Made by a program: the position numbers and the translations under genes
In this document: in pieces, positions 51,579 through 64,000 of the stretch
Layout: each line of letters begins with the position of its first letter
Numbering within the stretch: the stretch's first letter is position 1
From: Neodothiora populina
Lineage: Eukaryota
Assembly: GCF_041146345.1 (NCBI RefSeq)
Contig: NW_027191411.1
Coordinates: 992,001-1,056,000 of the forward strand
Direction: 5' to 3'
DNA: 64,000 bases
Notes under the pieces: generated by a model
Told to the model about the DNA's origin: nothing
What the model saw: only the letters and a program-made list of their open reading frames with translations
Databases searched by the model: none

Positions 51579-54065
51579 ATGGCGAACAAAATGCTTCTAG
51601 TTGTGCTCTGCATCGCGGTGGCGCTCGCACTGTTTGCCACACCTGCAGATGCGTTTGGAGCTGGAAACATCGCTTCCATCTCTAAAGTCGAAGGCCGCAA
51701 CTGGCGTCATGGAGATATCGAAGATATGCTCAAGACAGTTGAGTTTCTGAAGAAGCACAAAGTAAGCCACGATTGTATTCTCAAATGTATCATGTTGTCT
51801 TGCTGACATTAAGAAGTGGACATCGATGATGGTCAAGGTAAGAGAAACGAATAAGGGGGAAGTACAATATGAGCCCAACTGACACCTCCTTAGCGTGTTT
51901 ACTTTGGCAACTGGCTGCGTGACTACAGTCAAGCAGTCGATGTGGGCACACTCAAAGGCGTCCCTTCTAGCACCATCAGAATCCTTGTCTGGGTCCTGGC
52001 CTTCATGTCATTTGGCTATGCCACTGGCGAGTTCGAGGTTACAGAGGAGCGCCTCGGGGTTTACCGTCCAGAGGAGCATATCGACAACCCCAAAGATTAT
52101 GCCGATAACCAGGACGCCCGTCACTTCGACCAGAGGCTCCGTGGTCCTGTCGAGCAGATCGAGCTTGACATCGACCCTAGCACAGGTATGAAGAACTACA
52201 TTGCCAACGAGTCTGGTGGCTGGTCTACATCAGCTGGTTACATCAGGTACAGTTTTGCCCGTGCTATTCACTATGGCAGGATGTATACACACGGAGCCAA
52301 CAAGGGCCGCGAGGAAGATCTTTGCGAGGCTTTGCGCTGCCTTGGTCAGGGTCTGCATTGTCTCGAGGACTTCGGTGCTCACACCAATTACACTGAGCTA
52401 GCTTTGCGAGAGCTTGGTCACAACAACGTATTTCCGCACGTTGGCACAGACACCATGATCAATCTTCATGGAAAGCATGTGTATCCTCTTGTCACGGGAA
52501 CCTTCGGTGGCGTCGACTTCTTGCATTCGGTCCTCGGTGAAGCCACCGATCACGTCACACAGAGTGAGGTCGACGAGATGCAGACCGCCCTCACTGATGC
52601 AAGCGCTTCGGGAAAGCGTGGAGGTAGAGATGGTGGTGAGCTCTCAGCATTGACCGGTCTACTGGACAAGATTCCTGGCACAGGCAGTCTTATCCAGGAA
52701 GCCATCAGCCTGCAGTCAGCATCAGATCAGCAAGCCTCACAGAACTCTGGTTTCAGCGGCTCCCGTGGCTTCGATGACCAGTCTGACTACAATCAAGATC
52801 GTGGGATAAATCCTGCTTCAATGGCCGGTACTGATCCGCAAGTCGTTATCGCAAAGATCTACCCTATCCTAGAGTTCCGAGATAAGGTTGTCCGTTCGAT
52901 CAACGGTATCATCTCAAAGATTCCAGGCTTGGAGGACTTCATCGAGAAGATCACTGAGAAAGTCACCATGTTCGTCATGGGTCTGCTAGCACCTTATATC
53001 ACTCCTCTCATAGCCGCTGCGTCTGAACAACTCAAGCAGGGAAGTTATGCCGTCGTCGATTCGAGCGGTAAGCATCAGTACGAGGTCTGGACTAATCAAC
53101 AGTGTTCCGACCCCACTCATTCTCTGCTTTCGAAGGATCACTTTTCCAACATTCTGAACGAGCCCGCTGGCGAAGTAGCTGTCGCCATTGTCCAGTACGT
53201 CGCTCCTCGTGTCATCTACGCATGGGACCATCCCGACGTGAACGAGCAGCAGATTCTGGATGATGTGATTCGTGTCTTCCATCACCCTGCAGCCCGAGAC
53301 CGCAACTGCGAGATACACAACAACATGTTCCGTGTTGTCGAGAAGTGGTCTCACAACTACCGCGGAAACTTGGACGAAGTCCTTAGTTCAGAGAGTGTCA
53401 GAGCCGGACGTAACCACACCGGTGGTGTCAACCCTCACCTTGGTGGTGGACATGCACACAGTGGGGCTATCAACGTGTCAAACTTCCCTGGTCTAGGAGG
53501 TGGACAGCAACAACAGCAAGGCGGATGGGGTCAGAGAAACGATCCTGACTCTTCGGCGGGAAACCACTCCTCGACCCCACAGCATAGCCACTCTGCGTAC
53601 AACGCGCCGGAGGAGACATTCCAGCAACCCCAACACAGCTCGTCTTTCGGTCAGCAAGAGTATAGCCACAAGTACGAGCAGAAGTACTCGCAGCAACAGC
53701 CACCTCCCCAAGCACCAGCAGGCTTTGCGCACAGTGATCCTTACGCATATCCAAGTGCATACCAGCAGGGCTACGAAGTCGGCTACCAAGGGCCGCCACA
53801 GGGACAGTACGGTCAGCCAACACCGCCTCCCCAGCAGTTCGGTTGGGGTGGACAGCCACCTCCAGGTCCTCCACCTGAGCAGCAATGGGGTCAACCGCCT
53901 CCCCAACAAAGCTGGGGAGGACCTCCTCCGCAGCAAGGCTGGGAGGGCCAGCAGCAGAGGTTCGATGAATATGGGCAACCAATCCCACAACAACAACACC
54001 ACCATCATCATCACGATCATCAAGGAGGTGGTGGCGGCGGTTATCCGGGTGCTGGGTATCAATGA
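51579..54065 (+). CDS. het-c: HET-C family protein (signal peptide, Het-C domain, Q/G/P-rich tail); exons 51579-51761, 51817-51837, 51894-54065
   Basis: AFGAGNIASISKVEGRNWRHGDIED, RVYFGNWLRDYSQAVDVG, YRPEEHIDNPKDY, GLHCLEDFGAHTNY and PTHSLLSKDHF. Confidence 0.92.
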
Positions 54066-54694
54066 TCAGGACGATCATTTGGACAAGGGACTTTAATTAT
54101 ATGTACTTCAGTATGATTCCAGTGCTTCGATTAATGATGAAGACTGTGGACGGCATACTATAGATGAGCAAGTTCATTGGCAGATGAGTTTGATTAGATC
54201 TGGCTTGGCTTGGCATGATGAGACTTGCTTCGAACAAATGGATTTCAAAAAAAGTGTTTTGGCTTACTACACATGCTCAAACGAATCCAAGTGATTTCCT
54301 AAGGCACCGACCTCATCTCAGGAAACCACCGAGAAAGTCCATGATCAGATTACGACACAGTCAATTATAACGAACAGCGAAGAATGGACAGATTTTGTGA
54401 ATTTGTTTTTCTGAGATTTTGGTATAGATATCAAAAAAGGTTATTTGACAAGAAATAAAAATAAAAAAAATACGCAAATGCTCGCTATGTACAACAGACA
54501 AAAGGAGGAGCAAAAAGGACGCTCCCTCCAAAAGACTACGACGACAACGACGACGGAACAAAAACCCCAGCAACAGAAGTAATATGTGTGCTGGAGGAAT
54601 CTGTTTAGGTATCGAAACAACAAAGACCGCTTGGAATCACTCCAGGCTCTCTCTTCCTCACGACGAGGGGTCCTAGCACGAAGACATCTGCAAC

Positions 54695-56608
54695 TCAAAG
54701 GCTAGCCTTCTCGCCGCCACCGAGGCTCTTGGTCGAGAACGCAGCGAAGAAGTCGTTGAGCGCGTCCACAGTGCCGGAGCCCTCGACGAGCTTGACGACA
54801 GCAGAGACATAGCCATCGGGTCTGACGACGACGACGCCGCCATCTTCCTCGCTGAGGCCCATCTTGGCGTGCGCGGCGGCCTTGGCGTCCGGCACGCGCT
54901 GGTCCCAGATGTCGTCTGCGTAGACGTGGTCGAAGTATCGCGCGATGAGCTCGGGGAGGAGCTCGCGGACCTCGATGGCCTCGCGCGCGGCGTTGAAGAT
55001 GGTGCAGATTGTGAAGAAGGGCGAGTGTGGGTTGTGGCGCTCGTGGTACGAGACTTTGTCCGAGTCTAGGTGGCCGAAGGCGCTGTAGAAGGAGGTTTTC
55101 TTGGCCAGGCCGGCGGCGAAGTCCGCGATGGCTTTTTGCGTCTTGGACGGCTTGCCGCCGAATAGGAAGATGCGGTAGCTGCCGTTCAGGGGCACTTCTT
55201 GCTCGAGGTGCACGACGTTGGCGTCGGCGACGCGGGTCACGGTCGAGGCTGTCATGATGCGGCCGGTGCGTTGGGTGGTCGTCTTGTCGGCGAAGCTGAG
55301 GAAGAGAGGGGATTTGGCCGGGTGCTCGGGGCTCCAGTTGAAGATGTTGGGGTTGTAGGCTACTCCGTATCCCGAGGTGAACTCGCAGCTCTCCTTGAAC
55401 ATCTTGATGAACTGGTTCTCCTCTTGGGGTTGCTGCTCTGCCGCTGTTGCGGTTGCACTGCCGATCTCGCCTGCGGAGGGCTGGCGGGTGGAGAAGAGTT
55501 TAGCGTAGGCGGCGTCGAAGTTCAGGAGGTTCTCGGCGATGAGCTTGCGCTCGGACTCGTAGGACGAAAGGATTGAGCGGTCGGCGAAGCCAGACTCGAC
55601 GTGGTGAATCTTCCATGCCAGGTTCACGGCGTCGAGGAAGGCAGTGTTCATGCCTTGGCCGGCCTTGGGGGAGTGGGTGTGGCAGCAGTCTCCGCCCATG
55701 AAAACGCGCTCGTCAAGAGTATATTTGTCGGCAATACCTTGTCCGATAGGGTAGACAGAGTACCACTCGACACGGTCCCATGAGATCTCGTAGGGCTTCA
55801 TGATCTTCTTGGCGAAGTTCTGCACCTCCTCGGTGGTGGCGGTCTTGCGAGGGTTGAAGTCCGGGTCGGTCGAAGAGGCGATCTGGATGTAGAGACGGAC
55901 CATGTTGTCCTCACGGGGAATGACCATGATGGAACCGGCGTCGGAGTGGATGGTGCACTTCATCTTGATATCGGGGAAGTTCGTTCGCACGACACCGTCC
56001 ATGACACCCCAGACGTGCTGGATGGGGTCCTTGTGGGTGATGCCGATTCCGAGCTGGGCGCGGATGAAACTCCTCGCGCCCTCTCCGCTGAACAGGTACT
56101 TGGCTCTGACCGTCTCCTTCGCGGTGCCGTCGACGTGTGCGAGATTGACTTCCACAGGGTACTCCTTGTCGGCTCCGTCGTTCTTGAAGCCGGTGATCGT
56201 CCACGGTCGCTGCACCTGGACGTTGTACTTCTCCATGTCGGCGATGAAGACGCGCTCGATCAGACCCTGGTGGAGAAGGGTGGTGAATGGGTATCTTGCA
56301 TCAATGAAGGAAGGGCATGATTTCCAGTTGCCAGTGCGGTGGATGCCCTTGCCGCTCTCGGAGGGATCCCAGAAAGCCACCTCGTACACCTTTGCAGGCT
56401 CGTGTGCCATGATTGCGCGCTTGAGACCCATGTTGCGGAGGAGATCGAGGGATCTCGGTTGGATTCCGTCTGCTCGTCCGGTCAAGGTGGGCTCGGGTCT
56501 CATGTCAATGTGCTTGATCTTGTAGCCCCATCTTGCGAGACAGGTGGAGAGGAGCAGGCCAACGGGACCCGCTCCGACTATGACAATATCGTACTTTTCG
56601 ACGGACAT
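54695..56608 (-). CDS. FAD-dependent phenol 2-monooxygenase-like flavoprotein
   Basis: [37 protein letters not shown]-terminal thioredoxin-like VVVRPDGYV. Intronless; ATG at 56608. Confidence 0.92.
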   Translation of the reverse strand: MSVEKYDIVIVGAGPVGLLLSTCLARWGYKIKHIDMRPEPTLTGRADGIQPRSLDLLRNMGLKRAIMAHEPAKVYEVAFWDPSESGKGIHRTGNWKSCPSFIDARYPFTTLLHQGLIERVFIADMEKYNVQVQRPWTITGFKNDGADKEYPVEVNLAHVDGTAKETVRAKYLFSGEGARSFIRAQLGIGITHKDPIQHVWGVMDGVVRTNFPDIKMKCTIHSDAGSIMVIPREDNMVRLYIQIASSTDPDFNPRKTATTEEVQNFAKKIMKPYEISWDRVEWYSVYPIGQGIADKYTLDERVFMGGDCCHTHSPKAGQGMNTAFLDAVNLAWKIHHVESGFADRSILSSYESERKLIAENLLNFDAAYAKLFSTRQPSAGEIGSATATAAEQQPQEENQFIKMFKESCEFTSGYGVAYNPNIFNWSPEHPAKSPLFLSFADKTTTQRTGRIMTASTVTRVADANVVHLEQEVPLNGSYRIFLFGGKPSKTQKAIADFAAGLAKKTSFYSAFGHLDSDKVSYHERHNPHSPFFTICTIFNAAREAIEVRELLPELIARYFDHVYADDIWDQRVPDAKAAAHAKMGLSEEDGGVVVVRPDGYVSAVVKLVEGSGTVDALNDFFAAFSTKSLGGGEKASL

Positions 56609-57583
56609 TATGAACAGCAAATTGACAGGGACAGTCTCTCTTCGGTCCTTCTATACAGCTATTGAAGATAGGCGTGAAGAGATAGATGGGGGATTGGAGA
56701 GTTGAGAGAAAAGAGACAATGATGAGACAATTGGAACGGGAAGTTCTGGTCGTGGGACTGCCGAGTTCTTATATACTACGATAGCCAGAGCATCATCCAC
56801 CTACCTTCTTACCTACGAGCCCTCTACGGCAAAAACGAAATACAAACTCGGGTCGAGTAGCATAGGAGCTAGGAAGCCGAGTTCGCAAGACTTGACTGCC
56901 GCGGGATTACATATTGCGGGGACGATCCTAGCGGGAACCCCAGGTCAGCTCCAGATTCGACGTGTCTAGGGAGGTTTGGCCGCCGAAACAGCATATCCCG
57001 AATTCGCAATCCATCCTGCCGTACGGTCAGCGGTCCAGCCGGCATTGCTTTTGGCCCTTTTCGGTGCGGATGTGGTGCCGCCCCTTTTGCGCTTTTCTGT
57101 CCCCATCTCCGTTTCTGTCAAATCAACTGCCGCTCATTGGCTGTCCCCACTCACTGGCGCTGGACGAACAATAATATGGCCCACCCGCTGCGTTTCCGGA
57201 GAAATCTGGAGAAGCATGCCCTCGACGAGTGACGGCACAGCGGTTTTTCTTATTAAGGTTGTCTTGTGCCGTGTCATACTGGCCAAGCTTCGAGGTTGGT
57301 GTGGGGTTGCTTTACAGTTGTGTCATGTCAGTCTCAGTCGTCGAGAACCCTCGTGATGACCCCCTCATCGTATTGGATTGTAGATCCATGCAACAAGTAA
57401 ACTTTGTATTTAGTGTACAGTATGAGCCGATTGCTGTACAAATACTGTACACTACAGTGCTGTACGTCGAGGTGAGGGGAACTCAAACATGCTTTAAAGT
57501 GTAACCACCGCGCGTATATATACTGTACAGTCGCATCGGCCTTGGACATGCCAGTAACAGCACCATTTTGTTGTCTTTAAGCA

Positions 57584-59203
57584 ATGCCTGTGTTTGATAC
57601 TGATCGTGGCCCGTTGGTCGGCCCAGGACACAGTCCTGTCCTCTACTCGCTCATCGTGCTTGTTGCTGCTGTAGCATACGTGATCTATCAGCGCTGGTTC
57701 CATCCTCTCGCCTCTGTACCGGGTCCGTTCTGGGCCAGTCTCACGCGATTATGGATGGTCAAACACAGCTGGGATGGCGACATGCATCGAACCATGATCG
57801 CTCTTCACGAAAAACATGGCAAGCTTGTACGAACCGGTCCGAACGAAGTAAGCGTCTCTGATCTGTCTGCTATCAAGACAATTTATGGAGCTGGCACAAA
57901 GTTCAACAAGAGTGACTGGTACTCTGTCTGGCAAGGTCATCGCAAGTTCGACCTGTTCGCCGAACGCGATGAGAAGCTGCACGGGAAGCAGAGAAGCCTG
58001 ATCAGCTCTGCATATTCCATGACCAGTCTCAAGGATCTCGAACCCTATGTGGACGACTGTGTACGTAAATTCATGGATGTGATGGATGGCTTGCAAGGTC
58101 AGGTTGTCGACATGGGCTATTGGGTACAGCTGTTTGCCTTTGGTGAGTCGATCATGGATCTGTCTGTTCTACACTTTGTCACCATGTAAGCTCACAAGCG
58201 TGCAGATGTTATTGGTGAAGTCAGCTTCTCTAGGTCTTTCGGGTTCATGGACGCTACTATGGACGATGGCTCGTTCGCGCAGATTGAGAATGCTTTACAG
58301 TCTGCAGCCTGGGTTGGACAGATTCCGTGGATCTTCTGGCTCAACGATCGCTTGAGTAGATTCATTGGTAACAAGTTGAGCTTGAACAACAGACATGGCT
58401 CCATCCGTACGCTTGCGCTGAAGGAGGCCAACTCACGCAAAGGCCGGGGTAGCGACCGCAAGGACATATTATCCAAACTGTTCAGAGCACAAACAGAGAA
58501 AGGTGGCGAGCTTGACGATGCAGCCATCGCGTCCATGGCGACAAGCAACATCTTCGCGGGCTCGGACACTACTGCCATATCTGTGCGTGCTATCATTTAC
58601 TACTTGTTGAAGAATCCTCAATACAAGCAGCGTCTAGTGCAGGAGATTGATGAAGGAAGAAGAGCGGGAACACTGAGCGATCCGATCAAGGTTAGTGAGG
58701 CGGAGAAGATGCCTTATCTGCAAGCAGTCATGTATGAGGCTTTGAGGTGTCACCCAGCAGTAGGAATGAGTTTACCGAGAGTGGTGCCGCAGGGTGGCAC
58801 TGTGATTGGTGGGACATTCTTGCCTTCGAATGTAGGTCATATGAGCTGAGCAAGGCACTACGATAGAAGGCTGACACGGATACAGACTGTAATCGGGGCG
58901 AATCCTTGGGTGATTCATCGCGACAAGGCGGTATATGGAGATGATGTCGAGGTTTTCCGTCCTGATCGCTGGCTCAAGGAGGATACGGGAGACATGCGGC
59001 GCTTCTTCTTTGCTTTCGGAAGTGGCGCACGTATGTGTCTCGGCAGGAACCTGTCGTGGATGGAAATGTCGAAACTCATCCCGACATTGTTTTTGCATCA
59101 CAACATAGAGCTGGCAGACCCGGATGCGGTGTGGTCGGAGACATGCTACTGGTTCGTCATGCAGCGGGGAATTCATGTGAGGGTCAACAGACGGGCAGTG
59201 TAG
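57584..59203 (+). CDS. Cytochrome P450 (pisatin demethylase/benzoate monooxygenase-like clan); exons 57584-58142, 58206-58831, 58886-59203
   Basis: TM anchor plus HPLASVPGP, AGSDTT (I-helix), EALR, FRPDRW and FGSGARMCLG heme motif. Spliced length 500 aa. Confidence 0.93.
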
Positions 59204-59767
59204 ACGCCTCGACTCGACGGGCAATAAACATGAAGCAACAATGGCCGTCAGAGAAAGAAGGTGCCGACAATCAGATAGCTTAATCGAGATGCTCGTGGCG
59301 CAGTAGCAGCGTCAGAGCACGAGGAATTGGAATTGCCAACGATTGACATATAATTATGTATGGCATGTCCATGACGAAGATGTGGGCTCAGAATGTCGCA
59401 GGCCAGGCGCTGGTCCTTGCTGGCTAGGGGCGATCCTGCACGATTGCCGTATTGCTTGGATTGTCTGGGCAGATGGTGCGTATGCATATGTGCCTGTCTC
59501 TGGCTTGGACGAGGGTGTGTTTCTGTCAGCAGGAAAAGAGAGCTGTCATATACATATACGAAGGGCAGTACTGGACTAATTACTGTACCTTATCCCAGGC
59601 AATGGCAATGTCAATGGATGTACCTTTGCAATTAAGGTAGGTAATTACCGTACTCGTACAAGCACCGTAAGTTGATCGAATCAACGATGACGACAGAGAC
59701 AGACGGTGACTGATGGTCGGAGCGTTTGTCCGAAGATCTAAACACACGCACGCGACGCCCGAGGATT

Positions 59768-59795
59768 AAGGATCAAGGATCAAGGATCAAGGATC
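59768..59795. repeat. (AAGGATC)4 tandem repeat upstream of the TBC gene
   Basis: aaggatcaaggatcaaggatcaaggatc read directly. Confidence 0.85.
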
Positions 59796-59845
59796 AGTTC
59801 CATCGGCTGTGAACAAGAAAGCACGAAATCAAGAACTCAACAAAG

Positions 59846-62800
59846 ATGGGCGAAGAAGGGCGACCTTCTCGGCGCCAACCATCGTCCACTCGACACTCGT
59901 CAACACAGAGAGTCAAGCCGAGATCGCGCAGATCAAACCAATCCCTGCAGAGCGCCGGACGCCCACAGGAAGGAACCACCTTCACCTCCTTCGAGCCCTT
60001 TTCGCCTCCCAGTCAACGCACGAGCCGCTCGTCAGAGCCAGACAGGAGCAGGAGCAAGAGCAGGAGCAGAAGCACAAAGGCCAGCGATGACCACCACCGG
60101 ACAGCGCCCTCCCTCGCCCCAGCGACGGCGACGGCGACGGCGACAGCGACGGCGACGGCGGTCAAGAGGCTGAGTGACGCCGTATCAATACGCTCCGGCT
60201 CCTCCAGCAAACGCTCGCGCTCCATCTTTGCTCCGCACCGCGAGAACTCAATCGCCCTCGAGAACTCGATTGCCCCGGACCAACGCAGCGAGGCCGCCGC
60301 CCAGAGCCAGCACGGCGACGGCAAGCGTGACGGCGAGCGTGACGAAAGTGTCGGCTATGCCGTGTCTCAGGCCTCACGTTCACTGCACAACATGCTCATG
60401 GACGACCAGGACGAGCACCGGCCAGCCCTGTTCCCAGACGACCTCAACACCTACCGCACCAACCCCCAAGTCTTGGCCAATCTGAGCAGAAGAGAAATCG
60501 GCACTTTTGTCCGTCGTGCTGGCGGCGTCTCACACATCATCCACACCCTGGCGAGGGATCTTGCAGACAAGGATGCCGAGATCTCCATTTTGCGCAAGAA
60601 GACAGACCAGTGCGCCTTCATCTTCAAGGAGCATCTGACCACCGTCCACGGCATCAGCAGACTCGCGGCAGACAGGAAGGTCCAGAGTTTGTTTCGCGAC
60701 GCCAGCGACATCACACGCACGTACAGCGACGACGTCCAGGCTGCCCTCGCCGAAGCCAGCGGGGAGAATTCCCCCGACGGCCACACGAGAATCGACTCGC
60801 TCTACTCCGCCGCTGAGCCTGACCCTGACCCTCATCACACCTCGCCCACTCTGTCCCGCAACAAGAGCACCCGAAGCTTCAAGAGCGTCAAGAGCTCCAG
60901 CAGCGTCAACAGCAGCAGCGGCAAGCTGCTCCTCCAGTCTGTCGAGCCGCGTCCTGAAGAGCAAGACATGGCCACGCGCTCCGCCCGCCTCACCCATCCA
61001 CATCCCCAAGCGTGAGTCGAAAGCCGCCTTTCTCTACACAATCAACAAAAACACTAACATGATGATCAGTGCCACCGTCGAGAACAAACGCACAGGCTTC
61101 TGGTCAGTCTTTGGTGGCGGTGGAGGCTCCACCAAAATCCCCAGGGACGCTCCCGCCAAGCGTGCATCCATCTTCGCAAACCCTCTGCCGAGCCCCAAGC
61201 CGCAAAGTCTACGCTCCCCGAGCATCGCCGAGCCACCTTCCGCCCTTGCGCCCATGGAGATGGAGCAGAAGATTGACGAAGAAAAGCTGCCTCCTCCCCT
61301 GCTTACCATGGACAAGCTGATGACCTTGTTCCCCCAAGTTGTCTGCGACAACTATGGTTTCATCATTGACAGACAACGTGTCTACAGCCATATCAAGTAC
61401 TGGGCCAGGAAGAACGACCTGCCCATTGACGATTATCACCGCATCTTCGCCCCTACCTCCAGATCTGCCGCTACGCCAAGGCCCAGCTCGATGATTTCTG
61501 TCGATACTGATGAAGCCGATCTATCTGCCTCGCTAGATGCACTTCTCTCGCCCGCGGATCCGACTGCTCTTGATGCTTCAGCTGCGCCGTCCAAGTCATG
61601 GTACGATTACCTCAGCATAAGTGGTGGCCTGGGTCTCTTGTCTCGCATACCCACGCAGGCTCGCCATGGAGGTGCCCGACCCTCTACTGCATCTGGAAGT
61701 GACGACGAGTCGGACGACGAGCAGCACTCGGATGCCACCTTCAACAACATGGTCACCGAGGACGACGTGAAAGCCATCGCCGAGCAGCTGCGCGACGAGA
61801 TCTCCGCCGAGTATTCCGCTCTACAACGCGACCGAAACATGGCCTGGCTGCGTCTGATCAACCAGATCGATGGCACGGCTTCATCCTCCAACCGCTTATC
61901 ACGTCTGCTGCCCAGCTCCGCGAGCGCATCTGCTGTCGAGCACCATCGCCACCGCGCCAACACGTTCAGCTCTAGCAGTATTGGCATTGCAAACCTAGCC
62001 AGCAACCAGCACCAAGACCAATTCATCAAGTTCGTCTTGGGTGGCATCCCGATGAAGCTCCGTGCAAAGATCTGGCTCGAGAACGCCGAAGGCAAGATCC
62101 ACTACAGCCCAGAAGCATTTGCTGCCTACAAGAAAGAATTCGACAGCCTCGGCGAGGATGCTTTGGGCCTGTCGTTCGGCGGAGTCAAGGGTGACATCAA
62201 CGCCGACAAGACGCGCACTCTGACCAACAACATCTTGTTTCGGCAGAGTCGAGGTGCTAGATTCGCCGGGAGAGCGACACCCGAGGAGCTGGCCTCCGTG
62301 CTGCGTGCTTTCGCCGTCCGCAATCCGGACATGGGGTACATACAGGGCTTCAACCTCATCGCCGGATACCTCATGCTGGCCATGCCGGCCACGGAACAGG
62401 CCTTTTGGGTGTTCACCTATCTGATCGAAAGCGTGCTGCCGCCGCAGTACTTCGCTCGGAGCGACAGCAGCCTCAAAGGTCCTCGTGCGGATATCACAGT
62501 TCTGCGCTCCTTCATCAGGCATCTGATGCCGAAGCTGTCGGCCCACATGGACAGTCTGCAACTGCCCGACGACCAGACCGTGCCCATCAACTGGCTCATC
62601 ACAGCCTTCGCCTCGACTTTATCCATCGAAGCTCTATTCCGCGTCTGGGACGTGGTGCTTTCCATCCCAGCCCAGAGCACGTACCTTCTACGTGTCGCTC
62701 TGGCCCTGCTCAAAATCAACGAGGACAGGCTGCTCGACACGTCCAGCGCCGCGCACCTGTATCAGGTTCTGGACAGGCACATGGGCGCCGGCGTGTCTAT

Positions 62801-62897
62801 TGACGGTCTAGTGCATGCGTCTTGGGTGCTCGGCCGCAGCGTCACGCCCGCGCTGGTGCAGAAGCGACGGGAAGCGGCGCTGAAGGCCCTCGATTGA
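59846..62897 (+). CDS. TBC-domain Rab GTPase-activating protein; exons 59846-61011, 61070-62897
   Basis: DNYGF, GIPMKLRAKIW, R-finger INADKTRT, Q-finger YIQGFN and RVWDV. Intron GTGAGT..CTAAC..TCAG 61012-61069. Confidence 0.88.
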
Positions 62898-63624
62898 TTG
62901 CTTACTGTATATCACTTGTTCAGGAGGAGGTCCATTGTGGATTCTCACGGCGCGTACGATCTTTTCTTTTTCTTTTTTGTCTCTTACTTGGACATGACTA
63001 TACGTGTTTCATCTTTTTCGCTTTCTTCACTGAAAAAAAGCAGATACCCCCACCAAGCGTGTTTTTTGCTGTGTTTCCATGTACCATATCTTGCTCAAAT
63101 GTGTAGCAACAAGACGAAGAGAAGGAAACAAGACGATGAATATCATGATCTGATTACCTTTCCTTACCTTACCTTTTCTTGCTCCTTGTTTTTCTCATGT
63201 TGTGGTGCGACCGGATCTGTTTAGCGATGAAATGAACGGAAATGTACTGTATTCCACGTGCTCCCCATCTTTCCTAGGATAGACGTGTGATGGGTGTCTA
63301 CCTTTCTTAGTCGTCTTGCTTGAGGATTAAATGAAGGAGCATACGCGCGCCCCGGTGTGGACGGGTCGGTCTGTACATCACTCGATGAATGGCTGGCTGG
63401 GTACGGGGATAAAGTAAATGGATAGTAGATCAATGAATTGAGCGAGAGGGCGACCCTGTCCCACACCCTACTGTACATCACCTGTATCCATGTTCGCTAC
63501 CGGACTATTGGAGTCTCTTGGCTTCGTTTGTGGAAGTCTCAAACGGTCTGTACAGTACCTTGCCTCACCTCGTTATCCGAGATCTAATCCTCTTTCATCG
63601 GAGAAGCTCGGTGTGGAAGTCAGC

Positions 63625-63656
63625 GCTGCTGCGGCGTGATGCTGCTGCGGCGTGAT
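63625..63656. repeat. 16-bp perfect tandem duplication GCTGCTGCGGCGTGAT
   Basis: Two adjacent identical copies. Confidence 0.8.
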
Positions 63657-64000
63657 GTGAGATGCTGTGCTATGCTATATTACGTTACACTGCATACTGT
63701 ACATCGTTTGCGCTTGGTCGGACTGCTTGTCAGAAATTTGTACACTCACTGCCCTGGTGTGGGATGCGGTGTCTGGATTATACTGACTGGTGTCTTGTCT
63801 ACGCTTGACTGGACTCTCTGTCGTCCGTCGTCTATCAGTAGTCTTCCATGGAGACTTCATAGATCATCAACACTCGTCAAAAGCTGGGGATATGCACTTC
63901 TCCTCATATACAAGCAGGCAACAACAGAGACAAGGACGCCAAAATGTATGTTACTAAAGTTTTTATTACTTCATTTCTTAAATTGTATGTATATTTCATT

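Noticed and set aside
53470..56525. Long antisense ORFs over het-c and the monooxygenase (e.g. 53470-54078, 55902-56525)
   Set aside because: Shadow ORFs expected from GC-rich biased codon usage, with no independent protein features.

Overview
Eukaryotic, intron-containing DNA from a filamentous ascomycete (Pezizomycotina). A black-yeast/Chaetothyriales-like origin is only a weak inference. The window holds about 21 protein-coding genes: recognisable housekeeping genes (CEF1/CDC5L, PRP43, PRMT5/HSL7, ORC6, SYN8, SAL1 Ca-binding mitochondrial carrier, PBR1-like SDR, TMEM19-like, G-patch protein, RING/TRAF protein, TBC Rab-GAP), a HET-C family gene, a GST, a divergent phenol 2-monooxygenase / cytochrome P450 pair and several uncharacterised proteins. 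It also holds two intron-containing tRNA-Ser(GCT) genes and one apparently frameshifted membrane-protein gene. No transposon, rDNA or CRISPR was recognised. The most unusual items are (1) an atypical kinase-like protein carrying an intact ING-type PHD finger, a possible chromatin-reading kinase; (2) a stop-free 228-nt dual-coding intron between the EF-hand and carrier domains of SAL1; (3) the oxygenase pair with a structured CGG-rich bidirectional promoter; (4) strong intergenic enrichment of TACAGTA/TACTGTA. Exon boundaries were inferred by eye from GT..AG sites, branch points and frame continuity.
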